A stretch of 63,941 nucleotides of DNA, filler included, from Methanobacteriota archaeon (lineage in GTDB: Archaea > JACRDV01): the NCBI GenBank assembly GCA_024860865.1. It is 7 parts of 7 records of this genome, joined end to end, with 100 filler letters (N's around TTAATTAATTAA, not from the genome) between each part and the next. Parts side by side here need not be neighbours in the genome. Positions count along the whole stretch, not along the records: positions 1 to 9,519 come from JACRDV010000035.1; positions 9,620 to 30,034 come from JACRDV010000031.1; 5 more parts are not named here. The stretch is one strand, 5' to 3'. The notes below the pieces were generated by a model. It ran no database searches. It was not told where the DNA came from and saw only the letters and a list, made by a program, of their open reading frames with translations. Positions within the stretch are counted from its first letter, which is position 1. Each line of letters starts with the position of its first letter. Positions 8,962 to 19,530 of this stretch are shown here, piece by piece. The position numbers and the translations under genes are program-made.

Positions 8962-9291
8962 ATGAAATCAATTCTGATAGTAATATCTAACTCGCAAGAT
9001 AATGCCATATCTTCATTACAGCTGGCTAATTCAATTCAAAAACAGGGCAATAAGGTTTCCATTTACCTTCTTCAAGACGGTGTATTTTGTTCTCTTGCTA
9101 ATGAAAATATAACTAAATCAGTGGTGGAAAAAGCCATAGCAAGTGGAGTGGAGTTTTATGTGCTATGCGATGACCTAACCCTTCGGGGGTTTTCAGAAAG
9201 GGAGATAATCCCGCAAGTACATGTTTCATCTTATTCTGAGCTGATCGACCTAATGTTAGAAAAATGCGATTTTACCATAGGAGTCCTTTAA
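8962..9291 (+). CDS. DsrH/TusB-like protein
   Basis: LLQDGV, YVLCDDLTLRG. Confidence 0.75.
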   Translation: MKSILIVISNSQDNAISSLQLANSIQKQGNKVSIYLLQDGVFCSLANENITKSVVEKAIASGVEFYVLCDDLTLRGFSEREIIPQVHVSSYSELIDLMLEKCDFTIGVL

Positions 9292-9519
9292 GGAAAATCA
9301 AAAGAGCAAATATTATTACTTACTGCGGCTTTTTTAATCGATTAATCCAACATTTCTTTATAAATTAGAATTAGAAACAAAAAAAATAAATGATAAATGA
9401 GTTATTTCTTTCGCTTTCATTGATATTTTTTGGCTGAAATAAAAACACAATCTGGCTCAATATTTTTAACATCTAAATTTTCAAATTCAGATTCCTTTAG
9501 CATGTTTCGTATATCCCTA

Positions 9520-9619
9520 NNNNNNNNNNNNNNNNNNNNNNNNNNNNNNNNNNNNNNNNNNNNTTAATTAATTAANNNNNNNNNNNNNNNNNNNNNNNNN
9601 NNNNNNNNNNNNNNNNNNN
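9520..9619. other. Artificial contig linker
   Basis: N44-TTAATTAATTAA-N44, with stops in all six frames. Confidence 0.98.
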
Positions 9620-10433
9620 CAAAAAATCCGCCTTCACTTGCATAAGTACTAGTTGTATAATCTAAACCAATCTGATGAAACATTTTGGCCCAGCCAATCA
9701 TAGTGCCCCAGTGATATGGGCTGAAGAACTCTGCAGAAGGCGTAACTAACATTACTTCAGCTCCTTTTTTGTTAAATGGAATCTTCGCATCTTCCTTTAT
9801 CTCATCCCTCATTTCTTCCTCAGCAAGCTCAATAGTTTTAGCAAATGCTTTTGGAGGGATCCCTAAATTATTTCCAATAGTATACACTTTTGCTATCACT
9901 TCAGTCACATACTTGGTTTGGACGCCTACAGAAGTCAATAATTCCCTTGCAGCCCATGTTATCTCAGCAGTATCTATTCCATAGGGGCAGTAAAGCGCGC
10001 ATCGCCTGCATTCGGCACATTGATAAAAATAAGGATATAATAAATCTTTTAGCACCTCTTCCGTTAACTCTTGAGCTCCTGCAAGCTTTCCAAAAAGTTT
10101 TCCACCAATTGTATAATATTTCCTATAAATAGACCGCAAAATTTCTGCTCTAGCTACTGGCATATTCCTTGGGTCTAAAGTGTCAATGAAAAAGTGACAT
10201 TTATCTGCGCAAGCTCCACATCTAACGCATATGTCTAAGTAAAGCTGAAAAGATCTATACTTCTTTCTTAATTCATCCATTTTTTTTATGAATATTTCCT
10301 TCCAATTTTGAGGGAGCTTCCAGTCATCAAGCGTCCAATCTCTTGAATATGGTGTTCCCATTACGTCTGTATCTTTCTTTTTTGCTGCCCAACATTTGTA
10401 TTTTTTAGCTGGAAAGCTTAGATCAATCTTCAA
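9620..10433 (-). CDS. dsrK: DsrK, 3' truncated by the contig end
   Basis: CVRCGACADKCHFF, YFYQCAECRRCALYCPYGIDTAE. Confidence 0.9.
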
Positions 10434-10444
10434 TTTCTCACCTA

Positions 10445-11314
10445 CTACTTCTTTTTCTCTATAGCCTTTAGGTCAGCTTCAAATCTCTTTGCGTATTGTT
10501 CCCATGACTCTACCTTCACTGGATAATTCCACGGATTAACATATCTTCTAACTCTTGAATCATTCTTTTGGTTTCTTGTTGGACTAAAGAATATTCCAGG
10601 TGCATGCACTAGCTTACTGAATGGGAAGTAAGCAATAAGAACCCAAACAAAAAAGAGGTGCAAAAAGAAGAACCAATGTAGTTCTGGAACCACGGGTTTG
10701 AAAGCTAATAAGCTGAGCATGTATGCTTTGACTTCTACTACGTTCACTCTGATGTAGTAAGCCAGTAAGTCTCCACTGATAACTATTGCTAATAACAGTA
10801 GCAGGGCGAAGTAGTCTGAGAATAATGAGATAAATCTTAGTTCTGGATAAACGAAGCGCCTAATCAGCAGGTAAAGAAGAGCCGCAATTATAAGAAGACC
10901 TGAATAATAAAGTCCTGGGATGAAAGCTCCTATTTGGTCTATTGTTCGGAGAGATACTACCCACGAGAGAGATGGCTCAAAAAAATATCGTAACTGCCTT
11001 AGAATGATTATAAGTAACATCCAGTGGAAAGCTAATGATCCGAGCCAGAGCCACTTGTTTCCCCTAGTCTCATCTTTTTCAAAGTCATAACTAGTATTCC
11101 TAAGTAGGCTTCTAAAGACAAAAATTTCGCTAGCCATGCGAAGGATTACTCCAAGATATGTTTTTGGTTTTTCAAGATATCCACCAGTAACTACTATTTT
11201 GAGAGGTACTGGAATATTAGCCCATGAAATTATGCGCTGTACAAAACCTATGACAAAGATAACAAATGCAACATAGGGTACTACAACTCCAAAAAAGAAG
11301 TAAGTGAGACTCAC
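10445..11314 (-). CDS. dsrM: DsrM membrane b-type cytochrome
   Basis: FRSLLRN, AFHW, YFPFSKLVHAPGIFFSPTRNQ. Confidence 0.9.
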   Translation of the reverse strand: MSLTYFFFGVVVPYVAFVIFVIGFVQRIISWANIPVPLKIVVTGGYLEKPKTYLGVILRMASEIFVFRSLLRNTSYDFEKDETRGNKWLWLGSLAFHWMLLIIILRQLRYFFEPSLSWVVSLRTIDQIGAFIPGLYYSGLLIIAALLYLLIRRFVYPELRFISLFSDYFALLLLLAIVISGDLLAYYIRVNVVEVKAYMLSLLAFKPVVPELHWFFFLHLFFVWVLIAYFPFSKLVHAPGIFFSPTRNQKNDSRVRRYVNPWNYPVKVESWEQYAKRFEADLKAIEKKK

Positions 11315-11436
11315 TAAATTACCTCCATTTTAATTAAGTATCATTTATATTCTTGGAGGAGATTTTGAGTCAGAATTCATTGAACCTACAAGTGAAGAAA
11401 GTAAACCAATAGTTAATACACCCATTTTATAATCTC

Positions 11437-11736
11437 CTACAACCATGCAAGCTTTTCATATTCATTCATTATCAAATCTACTAATCCGTTATACGTCACT
11501 ATGTTCACTTTTTTATCTACATCGTTGTCTGTAAATCCCCTTGTTTGTAGGTCTTCTGAAAGAACATAAAATTTTGCTCCTCCTTTCTCTAATAAAGGAG
11601 AAGTTTTTCCATTTTCTTTGATTACTGCATGCAAAATTCCATTGCTAACGAGAAAGATTCCAAGTTTTTCTGCATTCAGCCTATCTATTGTTCTTCCGGG
11701 AACCCTAAAATCACTTATAAATACACCAAGTTTCAT
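11437..11736 (-). CDS. DsrH/TusB-like protein
   Basis: FYVLSEDLQTRG, YNGLVDLI; GGTGA SD before ATG 11736. Confidence 0.65.
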   Translation of the reverse strand: MKLGVFISDFRVPGRTIDRLNAEKLGIFLVSNGILHAVIKENGKTSPLLEKGGAKFYVLSEDLQTRGFTDNDVDKKVNIVTYNGLVDLIMNEYEKLAWL

Positions 11737-12330
11737 CCCATCACCAAATAATAATTTCTGAATTTGTGATTGCAAGTTTTGCTATATAATTTTGATGGTC
11801 ACTTAAATAAAAAACAAATTATAATTATCTTTAGTTCACCATTACTCAATTTGAATAAAAAATTAAAAACCCAAACACAAATTATTTTTTTAGAAAAAAG
11901 AAACAAAAAATAAAAAAACTCTAAGCATGAATTTTGAAGGGCATGCAGTTTCTACATAAACTTCATTATTTTTACGTTAGAATACAAGTTAAAATGGCTT
12001 AACTATCATTATCATTGCTTATTTAATAACCACTAAACTTTATAATTAGTAGTAAACAACATAAACAGTAAGAGTAAAAATATTTTTATATTTTAATAAA
12101 AAATAAAAATAAAAAAAAAATTCGTAACTATTTAGCGATATGAAGTTGATTTTATTGCCTCTGCTAACCAATTTAAGGCACTTTATGGAGTAATATTTTT
12201 GCTACAAGTTAGCACATCGTCAATTTTGACGACCTGATGCACTTTAATGCAGAATTTACTTCAAATGGCTAAATAGATACAAAAATTCTTTAATAGCAAT
12301 ATAGTCGTCTATAGCAATCTAAGTGATTTT

Positions 12331-12576
12331 ATGGCATTAAGGGATGAAAAACCAACAATAACAGTTGATGTGAAAGGAAAAGTATGCCCATATCCTCTCC
12401 TTGAGACAAAATTAACTTTGAAAAAAATGAAAAGTGGAGAAATTTTAGAGGTGATAGTAGACACAGAAGCGGCAGTAAAAACAAGCTTGCCTAACCTCTG
12501 CCAAAAAGAAAAACATGAATTTGATTGTATAGAAAAAAGTCCGGGAGTTTGGAACATTTATATAAAGAAAGCCTAA
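12331..12576 (+). CDS. TusA-family sulfur carrier
   Basis: VDVKGKVCPYP. Confidence 0.9.
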   Translation: MALRDEKPTITVDVKGKVCPYPLLETKLTLKKMKSGEILEVIVDTEAAVKTSLPNLCQKEKHEFDCIEKSPGVWNIYIKKA

Positions 12577-12826
12577 AAAAATTCCTTTTTTCTTTTAATA
12601 AAATTAATTAAATAAAATATAAAATTATTTTTTAACTGGCTGACTTAAAATTTCAATCAATACTTTAAAAGCACATAATATAAGTTACACACTTAAAAAT
12701 TTTTTAAATTTTTTGTTAGATTCGCTGATTATTACCAGATATTCTTCTTCTCCAGCACGAAATCTATTTATATGAACATTTTCCGATTATCAATCGCTAT
12801 ATGCTTATTTTTAGAGGTGTAAAATA

Positions 12827-13981
12827 ATGGCTGAGAAATCCGAAACTCCAATATTAGACGAACTTGAAAAAGGACCGTGGCCAAGTCATGTGACGGAACT
12901 GAAGAAAACAGGATATAAAGGACTTCTTGCTCTTTATGAACAGATCTACCAGGACAAAATGACACATTGGGCACACGGTGGCATGGTCGGTGTACCAGGT
13001 TATGATGCAGGAGTTATAGGAAGAGTAAGCGATAGACCAGATATCTTAAAAGATGCTCATACATTTAGAATAATAGAACCAGCTGCTTGGTTTTATAAAA
13101 CAGAATACTTGAGAAAGATTTGCGATACTTGGGAAAAATATGGCAGCGGTTTGATGAATCTTCACGGAGCGACTGGAGATCTGCAGTTAATAGGAATAAA
13201 AACTGAAAATATGGTGCCTTGCTTCAATGAATTTGCACAGATAGGATTTGACCTAGGTGGTTCAGCCGGAGACATAAGAACAATGAGTTGTTGCGTTGGA
13301 CCAGCTAGGTGTGAATTTTCCTGTATAGATACACTTGCAATATACCAAGAGCTAACTATGTCTTACTTAGACGAAATGCATAGACCGAGATTTCCATATA
13401 AATTTAAAATAAAAATTTCGGGATGCCCAAACGATGGCGTTGCAGCTACAGCAAGGTCAGATTTAGCAATAATAGGGACATGGAGAGATTCCATTAGAAT
13501 AGATCAGGAAGAGGTAAGAAAATACGCAAGTGCTGGGTTAAATATCAACGACGTTTGCGCTAAGTGTCCTACAGAAGCTTTGGAATGGAATGGAACAGAA
13601 TTAAAATTAAACGCAGATGACTGTGTAAGATGTATGCATTGTATAAACAAAATGCCAAAGGCGCTGAGGCCAGGCATCGATAAAGGAGCTACTATACTAA
13701 TAGGAGGAAGAGCTCGAGGAAGGTATGGTGCATTTCTTGCTTGGGTACTGGTCCCATTTATGAAAGTTAACCCACCGTACACTGAATTAAAAGATCTTAT
13801 CAAGAAGATAGTAGAATGGTGGGATGAAAATGGAAGAACAAAGGAAAGAGTTGGAGAAACTATCTACAGATTTGGAATGGGAAGATTTCTAAGAGCAGTT
13901 GGATTACCAGCAGTTCCCCAACAAATAATTCGCCCAAGGGCGAATCCATTCTGGTTCTATTGGCCAGGAGAGGTAAAATAG
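12827..13981 (+). CDS. dsrA: Dissimilatory sulfite reductase alpha subunit
   Basis: TPILDELEKGPWPS, CVGPARCE, FPYKFKIKISGCPND, CVRCMHCIN. Confidence 0.96.
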   Translation: MAEKSETPILDELEKGPWPSHVTELKKTGYKGLLALYEQIYQDKMTHWAHGGMVGVPGYDAGVIGRVSDRPDILKDAHTFRIIEPAAWFYKTEYLRKICDTWEKYGSGLMNLHGATGDLQLIGIKTENMVPCFNEFAQIGFDLGGSAGDIRTMSCCVGPARCEFSCIDTLAIYQELTMSYLDEMHRPRFPYKFKIKISGCPNDGVAATARSDLAIIGTWRDSIRIDQEEVRKYASAGLNINDVCAKCPTEALEWNGTELKLNADDCVRCMHCINKMPKALRPGIDKGATILIGGRARGRYGAFLAWVLVPFMKVNPPYTELKDLIKKIVEWWDENGRTKERVGETIYRFGMGRFLRAVGLPAVPQQIIRPRANPFWFYWPGEVK

Positions 13982-13994
13982 AGAGGTGAAAAAA

Positions 13995-15068
13995 ATGTCC
14001 ACTCAGCAGCCTATAAAATTGGACTTTGGAGTTGTTCACTACGACCTAATGCTTCCTCCAATTATTAAGAGAAACTATGGAAAATGGAAGTATCATGAAA
14101 TAATAAAGCCGGGTATTTTAAAACATGTTTCTGAAACTGGAGAAGAGTTTTATACTGTAAGGGCGGGGGCGCCAAAATTCGCAAGTGTAGATACAGTAAG
14201 AAAGCTTTGCGATTTGGCAGATAAATACTGCGATGGGTATCTAAGATTTACCAGCCGACATAACATAGAATTCCTTATTTCTAAGAAAGAAAACATTGAT
14301 GGATTGATAGCAGATTTAAAGAAAATGGGACTCCCAGTTGGTGGGACTGGAAATTCTATGGCCAGCATAATACAATGTACTGCTTGGATGCATTGTCACA
14401 CAGCAGCTACAGACGCAGCAGGGATAGGAAAGTCGGTATACGATGGATTATTCGAATACTTCCAAAGGATGGATTTGCCAGCAAAGCTAAAAATCGCGAT
14501 CTCAGGTTGTTTAAACATGTGCGGCGCAGTTCACTGTTCAGATATAGCGATTTTGGGAGTCCACAGAGTTCCACCCAAAGTAATAGACGAAATAGTATCG
14601 AAGGCATGTGAGATTCCTAGCCTGATTGCAGTCTGCCCAACCTATGCAATTAAACCGAACCCGAAAGCTAAAAGCATAACAATAGATCCAGATAAATGCA
14701 TGTACTGTGGCATTTGTTATGGAATGTGCCCCGGAGTTCCACTAGCAGATCCGAAAAATGATGGTGTTTCAATTTGGGTAGGAGGAAAAGTCTCAAGCAC
14801 TCGAAGCGGTCCAATGTTTTCTAGATTAGTTGTTCCGTATCTGCCAAATAATCCACCCCGATGGCCAGAAGTGGTCGATGTAGTGAAGAAAATAGTAAAT
14901 GTATGGGTCGATGGTGCAAAGAAGGACGAAAGGATGGGAGAATGGATAGAAAGAATAGGTTGGGGTAGGTTCTTCAAAATAACAGGGATACCATTTACTG
15001 ATAAACACATCGACGACTATGTATTTGCAATTCCATCTATGAGTACTGGTGCTCAAGTTAGATTATAG
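13995..15068 (+). CDS. dsrB: Dissimilatory sulfite reductase beta subunit
   Basis: NYGKWKYHE, CLNMCGAVHCSD, CMYCGIC, PNNPPRWPE. Confidence 0.96.
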   Translation: MSTQQPIKLDFGVVHYDLMLPPIIKRNYGKWKYHEIIKPGILKHVSETGEEFYTVRAGAPKFASVDTVRKLCDLADKYCDGYLRFTSRHNIEFLISKKENIDGLIADLKKMGLPVGGTGNSMASIIQCTAWMHCHTAATDAAGIGKSVYDGLFEYFQRMDLPAKLKIAISGCLNMCGAVHCSDIAILGVHRVPPKVIDEIVSKACEIPSLIAVCPTYAIKPNPKAKSITIDPDKCMYCGICYGMCPGVPLADPKNDGVSIWVGGKVSSTRSGPMFSRLVVPYLPNNPPRWPEVVDVVKKIVNVWVDGAKKDERMGEWIERIGWGRFFKITGIPFTDKHIDDYVFAIPSMSTGAQVRL

Positions 15069-15164
15069 CTTGAACTCTTTTTTCTTTATTTTAATTTGAA
15101 AACTTAATCAGTTATGTACTTTAAAACTAGGTATTTAATAAGTCTCTCAAAATAAAAACTCTCA

Positions 15165-15383
15165 TCAGAATGGTTTCTTTTCCTTTACTACGATTTCAAG
15201 GCCCTCTACTGTTATTGCTCCAGTTGGACAGCTGTTAACTACTTCCTCGAGGTTACAGCTATCGGACCCCTCTGATTTGAGAACAATTGCTTTTTCTCCC
15301 TCTAACTTGAATACATCAGGACACAAACTTTCGCAGGTTCCACAGCCTTGACAGGCTCCGTAATCTATGTTTATTGCTACCAT
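15165..15383 (-). CDS. Ferredoxin
   Basis: CQGCGTCESLCP ... CPTGAI. Confidence 0.85.
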   Translation of the reverse strand: MVAINIDYGACQGCGTCESLCPDVFKLEGEKAIVLKSEGSDSCNLEEVVNSCPTGAITVEGLEIVVKEKKPF

Positions 15384-15521
15384 GTTTATTCTCCCTCTAG
15401 ACACCGTTTTATAATGTTAATAGTTTTATAAAATTTTCCCTAATCGCAATTGAACATTATGCAGTATAAACACGAAACCATATGTGACAAAAATAAATAT
15501 TATTAATTTTAATTAAAAACC

Positions 15522-16721
15522 ATGAATAAAAAACCCATATCAATTATGTGGGAATCTACTATTGCGTGCGGTCTCGCTTGCAAGCACTGCAAGGCTTCTG
15601 CTAAAAAAACTCCAGATCCTGATGAGCTTTCCACAGAAGAGGCAATGGATCTAGTTGACCAAATGGTTGAATTTGGCAAACCTTACCCAATTTTGCGCAT
15701 AACAGGCGGAAATGCGCTGATGAGGGACGATATATTTGAAATAATAAAGTGTGCAAAGGGTGAAGGGTTAAATGTTACAATAGCCCCTAGCACTACGCCT
15801 CTTTTGAATAGGGAGAATATAACAAAGCTAAAAGAAGCAGGAACTGATGTAGTTGCGATAAGCATAGATGGAGCAGATGCTGAATCGCACGACAATTTCA
15901 GAGGAGTCAAAGGAACTTTTGATACAATGGTTAAGGCAACACAAATTATGAATGATGTGAAACTGCCATTCCGTCTTCTCACTACAGTAACAAAATTCAA
16001 CGTCCGCAACTTACCCGAGATATTTTTGCTCAGTAAAAGACTCGGTGCCATTGGATGGTATTTGTATATGCTTATCCCAACCGGAAGGGGTAAGATAGAA
16101 CACGGAATAAGTCCAGCCGAATTTGAGGATGTTTTTAACTTCATTTATGATTTAATGAAATATCGTGTGATGACAATAAACGCAATAGCGGGAAGCGAAC
16201 CATTCAGAAGAGTTGCCATAATGAGAAGGCTTGTAGAAGAAGGCAAATTGAACGAAGAAGTGCTGAGATTGGGCGAGCTTTATCGCTTTTTGAAAAATAA
16301 GCTTGACAATTTGCTGAGCTCTGGATCGTTCGAGAAAATTGAAGTCTCAGCTAAAAAAAAGCATAACAACTTCGGTAAGGGCATATTCGTTTCAAGAAAT
16401 GGTAGCGTATATCCAAGCAGTTTCATGCCGATAGAGATTGGAAATGTTCTAAATGATAGGTTAGCGCACATATATGCAAGCGCAGAAATTTTGAGAGATT
16501 TGAATAACACAAAAAAGCTTAAAGGGCGCTGTGGCATCTGCGAGTTCAATGACGTTTGTCGTGGTTCGAGGTCGCGTGCTTATGCTGTTACAGGCGACTA
16601 TCTTGCTGAAGACCCTTACTGCGCTTACCAACCAGGGACAGTAGGAAAGAGAGAAGGAAATGAAGCCATTCTTCAAGAATTACGTGTTACTAATTTTAGT
16701 CGTCAAGCACCTTCACTTTAG
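15522..16721 (+). CDS. Radical SAM/SPASM protein of the NirJ/AhbC/AhbD-like haem synthesis group
   Basis: CGLACKHC; GRCGICEFNDVCRGSRSRAYA. Confidence 0.8.
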   Translation: MNKKPISIMWESTIACGLACKHCKASAKKTPDPDELSTEEAMDLVDQMVEFGKPYPILRITGGNALMRDDIFEIIKCAKGEGLNVTIAPSTTPLLNRENITKLKEAGTDVVAISIDGADAESHDNFRGVKGTFDTMVKATQIMNDVKLPFRLLTTVTKFNVRNLPEIFLLSKRLGAIGWYLYMLIPTGRGKIEHGISPAEFEDVFNFIYDLMKYRVMTINAIAGSEPFRRVAIMRRLVEEGKLNEEVLRLGELYRFLKNKLDNLLSSGSFEKIEVSAKKKHNNFGKGIFVSRNGSVYPSSFMPIEIGNVLNDRLAHIYASAEILRDLNNTKKLKGRCGICEFNDVCRGSRSRAYAVTGDYLAEDPYCAYQPGTVGKREGNEAILQELRVTNFSRQAPSL

Positions 16722-16758
16722 AAAGTTCTGCTTTTCTAACTTAATCCTGACTTCAAAA

Positions 16759-17781
16759 TTACCAAAAACCAGCCAAAGCCAAAGCAAAAAAGTAAATATA
16801 CTTTATTGGAGTCAACTGTTTTTCTCGTAATAAATCATTTAAATGCTCAATTTCTTCCTCGATAATTTTCTCTACTTTAGAAACTTCTGCCCTTTCTAGC
16901 TCCATGTTTTCCTCTATTGCTTTTCTTAGTTCTCCATCCTTTAAGATAACGTTGGGAAGAGTAACAACAGCAGGGTCAACATTTCCAAAGGGTGATACAT
17001 CAACGATAAGAAGGGGTGAACTTCTATTTAACGAGGTTATCATATTCGGGGTGACCCTATAGTGTGATGCTAAAGTGGCACATATCAGTACATCAGCCTC
17101 TGAAAGTACTTCGCCAAGCTGCTCATATCTTACTGCCGTACCTCCAATTTCTTCCGCGGTTCTAACGCCTAAATCGTAATTTCTATTGACAATGATTAAT
17201 TCTGGATCGTGCTTAAGTAGTGCCTTGGCCACTTTCCGTCCCGCTAATCCTGTGCCTAGCAGGACTACCGTTTTTCCCTTTAATGTAGGTAGTTCCTCGA
17301 GGATATATTTAACAGCCATATCCTTTATAGCAATTGAACCTTCAATTTTCGTTTCTAAGCGCACCCTTTTACTTACTTGGATAGCCGAATTAAACAATAA
17401 GTCCATATACCCGCCTACTGCAGACTTTTCTTTAGCCAAACGGAATGCAGCTTCAACCTGCATCGGGATATACGTTTCTCCTAAAACCCTGGATTCAATG
17501 CTACCAACCAATCTAAATAGGTGCACAACTGCATCCCTGTCAAAATATATCTCAAATAAATCTTTCTCCAACACATTTTTTGAAAAAAGTAATAATAATG
17601 AGTCGACTTTCTCTTTATCAGCAATTAATACGTAAACTTCGACTCGTGTGCCTGTTTGGATTAAGACACATTCCTTTAAATTTGAAAGGTTATAGAATTC
17701 TGAGGGTTCTTTAAACCTAAACTGCTCAAAATTAGCATAGGGAATTTTCATGTGATGGAGGGAAAGACAAACTAAGTGCAT
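16759..17781 (-). CDS. hemA: Glutamyl-tRNA reductase homologue lacking the catalytic Cys
   Basis: AVVHLFRL, ESRVLGE, KRVRLET and GTGLAG motifs; TCNR is replaced by TGTR. Confidence 0.75.
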   Translation of the reverse strand: MHLVCLSLHHMKIPYANFEQFRFKEPSEFYNLSNLKECVLIQTGTRVEVYVLIADKEKVDSLLLLFSKNVLEKDLFEIYFDRDAVVHLFRLVGSIESRVLGETYIPMQVEAAFRLAKEKSAVGGYMDLLFNSAIQVSKRVRLETKIEGSIAIKDMAVKYILEELPTLKGKTVVLLGTGLAGRKVAKALLKHDPELIIVNRNYDLGVRTAEEIGGTAVRYEQLGEVLSEADVLICATLASHYRVTPNMITSLNRSSPLLIVDVSPFGNVDPAVVTLPNVILKDGELRKAIEENMELERAEVSKVEKIIEEEIEHLNDLLREKQLTPIKYIYFFALALAGFW

Positions 17782-18014
17782 AATTATACTCTTTCAATAA
17801 CTTATACAAAGAAGTTATTTGTGTTATAAAGTATACTTATATGGTAATCCTTCAATTCTCCGTAAACAACGCGGCTAAATTCTGAACTGGCTAAAGCAAT
17901 GAGTATCCTTCGGTGGTTTTATGGATGTTAATTTAATTTAAGCTTTTTTAATTAGAAAAACTCTGTGCTAAAAAATTATCTTAACTTTCTCTTAAAACAC
18001 GAAACAGATAAAAC

Positions 18015-18884
18015 CTATTTTAAAAATTCTAAGACAGAATCTGTTGGAACCGCATTCTGATCTAGACCGAGCTCAGCAGAATCAACTCCAAGACTCAAAC
18101 CTAGCAACTGTGGATAAAGTAAGCTTGGGATATCATATGTTTCTCCATGGACTTCTTTAATTTTGAGCTGCTGAGAGTCGTACATAATATTACAAAAAGG
18201 GCAGATGGTAATGATGCAGTTTACACCAGCCTCTTTAAAGTTTGCCAATTTTTCTCGCGCTAATTTTGTAGCTAAGTCTTCATTTACAGAAAGCAATGGA
18301 CCGCCACAACACCGAAGTCTATCTTTGTATTTAACACTCTTGGCGCCAGTTAATTCAATAAGCTCATCCAAATGCTTTGGCATTTCCGGGTCATCAAATC
18401 TGATATAATCTGACGGCTTTAAGAAGTGGCAGCCATCATGAGCTCCAACATTTAATCCATCAAATTGTTTTTTAATTTTATTCTTTATTTTATCAATGCC
18501 ATAATCCTGAACCAGCATTGTAACGAAGTGTTTAATTTCAATTTTTCCTTTAAACTCGAGATCAACTGTTTTTAAAATTTCATTAATCTCATCACGAAGG
18601 TGTTTTTTATCTTTTAATGTTTTATTTGCTTTAATTAATGAAGTATGGCATCCGTTGCAAAGGACAACCATATCCAGACCCATCTCTTCTGCTTTGCAAA
18701 TATTGTAAGCAGAGCTGGCCAACCAACCATTATATAACACAGATTCAATTTGCAGACCACAACAGCTAGCTCCAGGGATATCCACTAACTTAATTCCTAA
18801 AGCTTGAGCAACCTTTCTTGTTGAAAGGTCATAATGATTTAACCTAAATGGGATTGTGCAACCGAGAAAGTATGCATATTCCAT
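18015..18884 (-). CDS. hdrB: Heterodisulfide reductase subunit B
   Basis: YFLGC, two CCG domains, GCH, CPFC. Confidence 0.93.
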   Translation of the reverse strand: MEYAYFLGCTIPFRLNHYDLSTRKVAQALGIKLVDIPGASCCGLQIESVLYNGWLASSAYNICKAEEMGLDMVVLCNGCHTSLIKANKTLKDKKHLRDEINEILKTVDLEFKGKIEIKHFVTMLVQDYGIDKIKNKIKKQFDGLNVGAHDGCHFLKPSDYIRFDDPEMPKHLDELIELTGAKSVKYKDRLRCCGGPLLSVNEDLATKLAREKLANFKEAGVNCIITICPFCNIMYDSQQLKIKEVHGETYDIPSLLYPQLLGLSLGVDSAELGLDQNAVPTDSVLEFLK

Positions 18885-18886
18885 TT

Positions 18887-19399
18887 CTATTCCTCTTTTG
18901 GCAATACTTTCTCAAGCCCAGCTTTCTTTAAGACTTTCTTCATTTTTTCAATGTCTACTGGCTCCACTGCAGGTAAACCCAAGTCTGCTCTTGCTTCGTT
19001 TTCAAAGTCAGTGATTTCTGTCACTCTTCCAATTTTATAAACACTTTCTGCAATCATTTTTATTCCATTTGGTACGTAACCCTGCCTAGCTGCAATGTTT
19101 CGAAGAGCTCTTATTACCATAGCTGGTTTTACATCGCGCGGACATCTTTCATAACAATTATAGCAAAATGAACAAAGCCAAATAACATTACTAGAGAGCA
19201 ACTCATCTTTAAACCCAAAAATAGACATACGGATAATCTCATGTGGTCGAAAAGTTGCCTCTAACTCTGCAACTGGACAACCACCACTGCAAGTACCACA
19301 TGCATAACATCGAAGGAGATGGTCTCCACCTTCTTCTTTTAAGACTAAGTTTTTGAAGGCGGGATCAATACGTTTTGGCGAAGGTTTTTCAGCCACCAT
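18887..19399 (-). CDS. hdrC: Heterodisulfide reductase subunit C
   Basis: CYACGTCSGGCP, WLCSFCYNCYERCP. Confidence 0.93.
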   Translation of the reverse strand: MVAEKPSPKRIDPAFKNLVLKEEGGDHLLRCYACGTCSGGCPVAELEATFRPHEIIRMSIFGFKDELLSSNVIWLCSFCYNCYERCPRDVKPAMVIRALRNIAARQGYVPNGIKMIAESVYKIGRVTEITDFENEARADLGLPAVEPVDIEKMKKVLKKAGLEKVLPKEE

Positions 19400-19530
19400 A
19401 TAGATTCTCTTTTTCCTAAGTTATCGAATGAGAGATATAAAAAATTATATAAATTTAATCTGACTCGATTTTTCTCACTATTGCTCTAGAAAAACAGTCT
19501 AACCTAAGGGAAAAATGAAGAAGAACTCCT

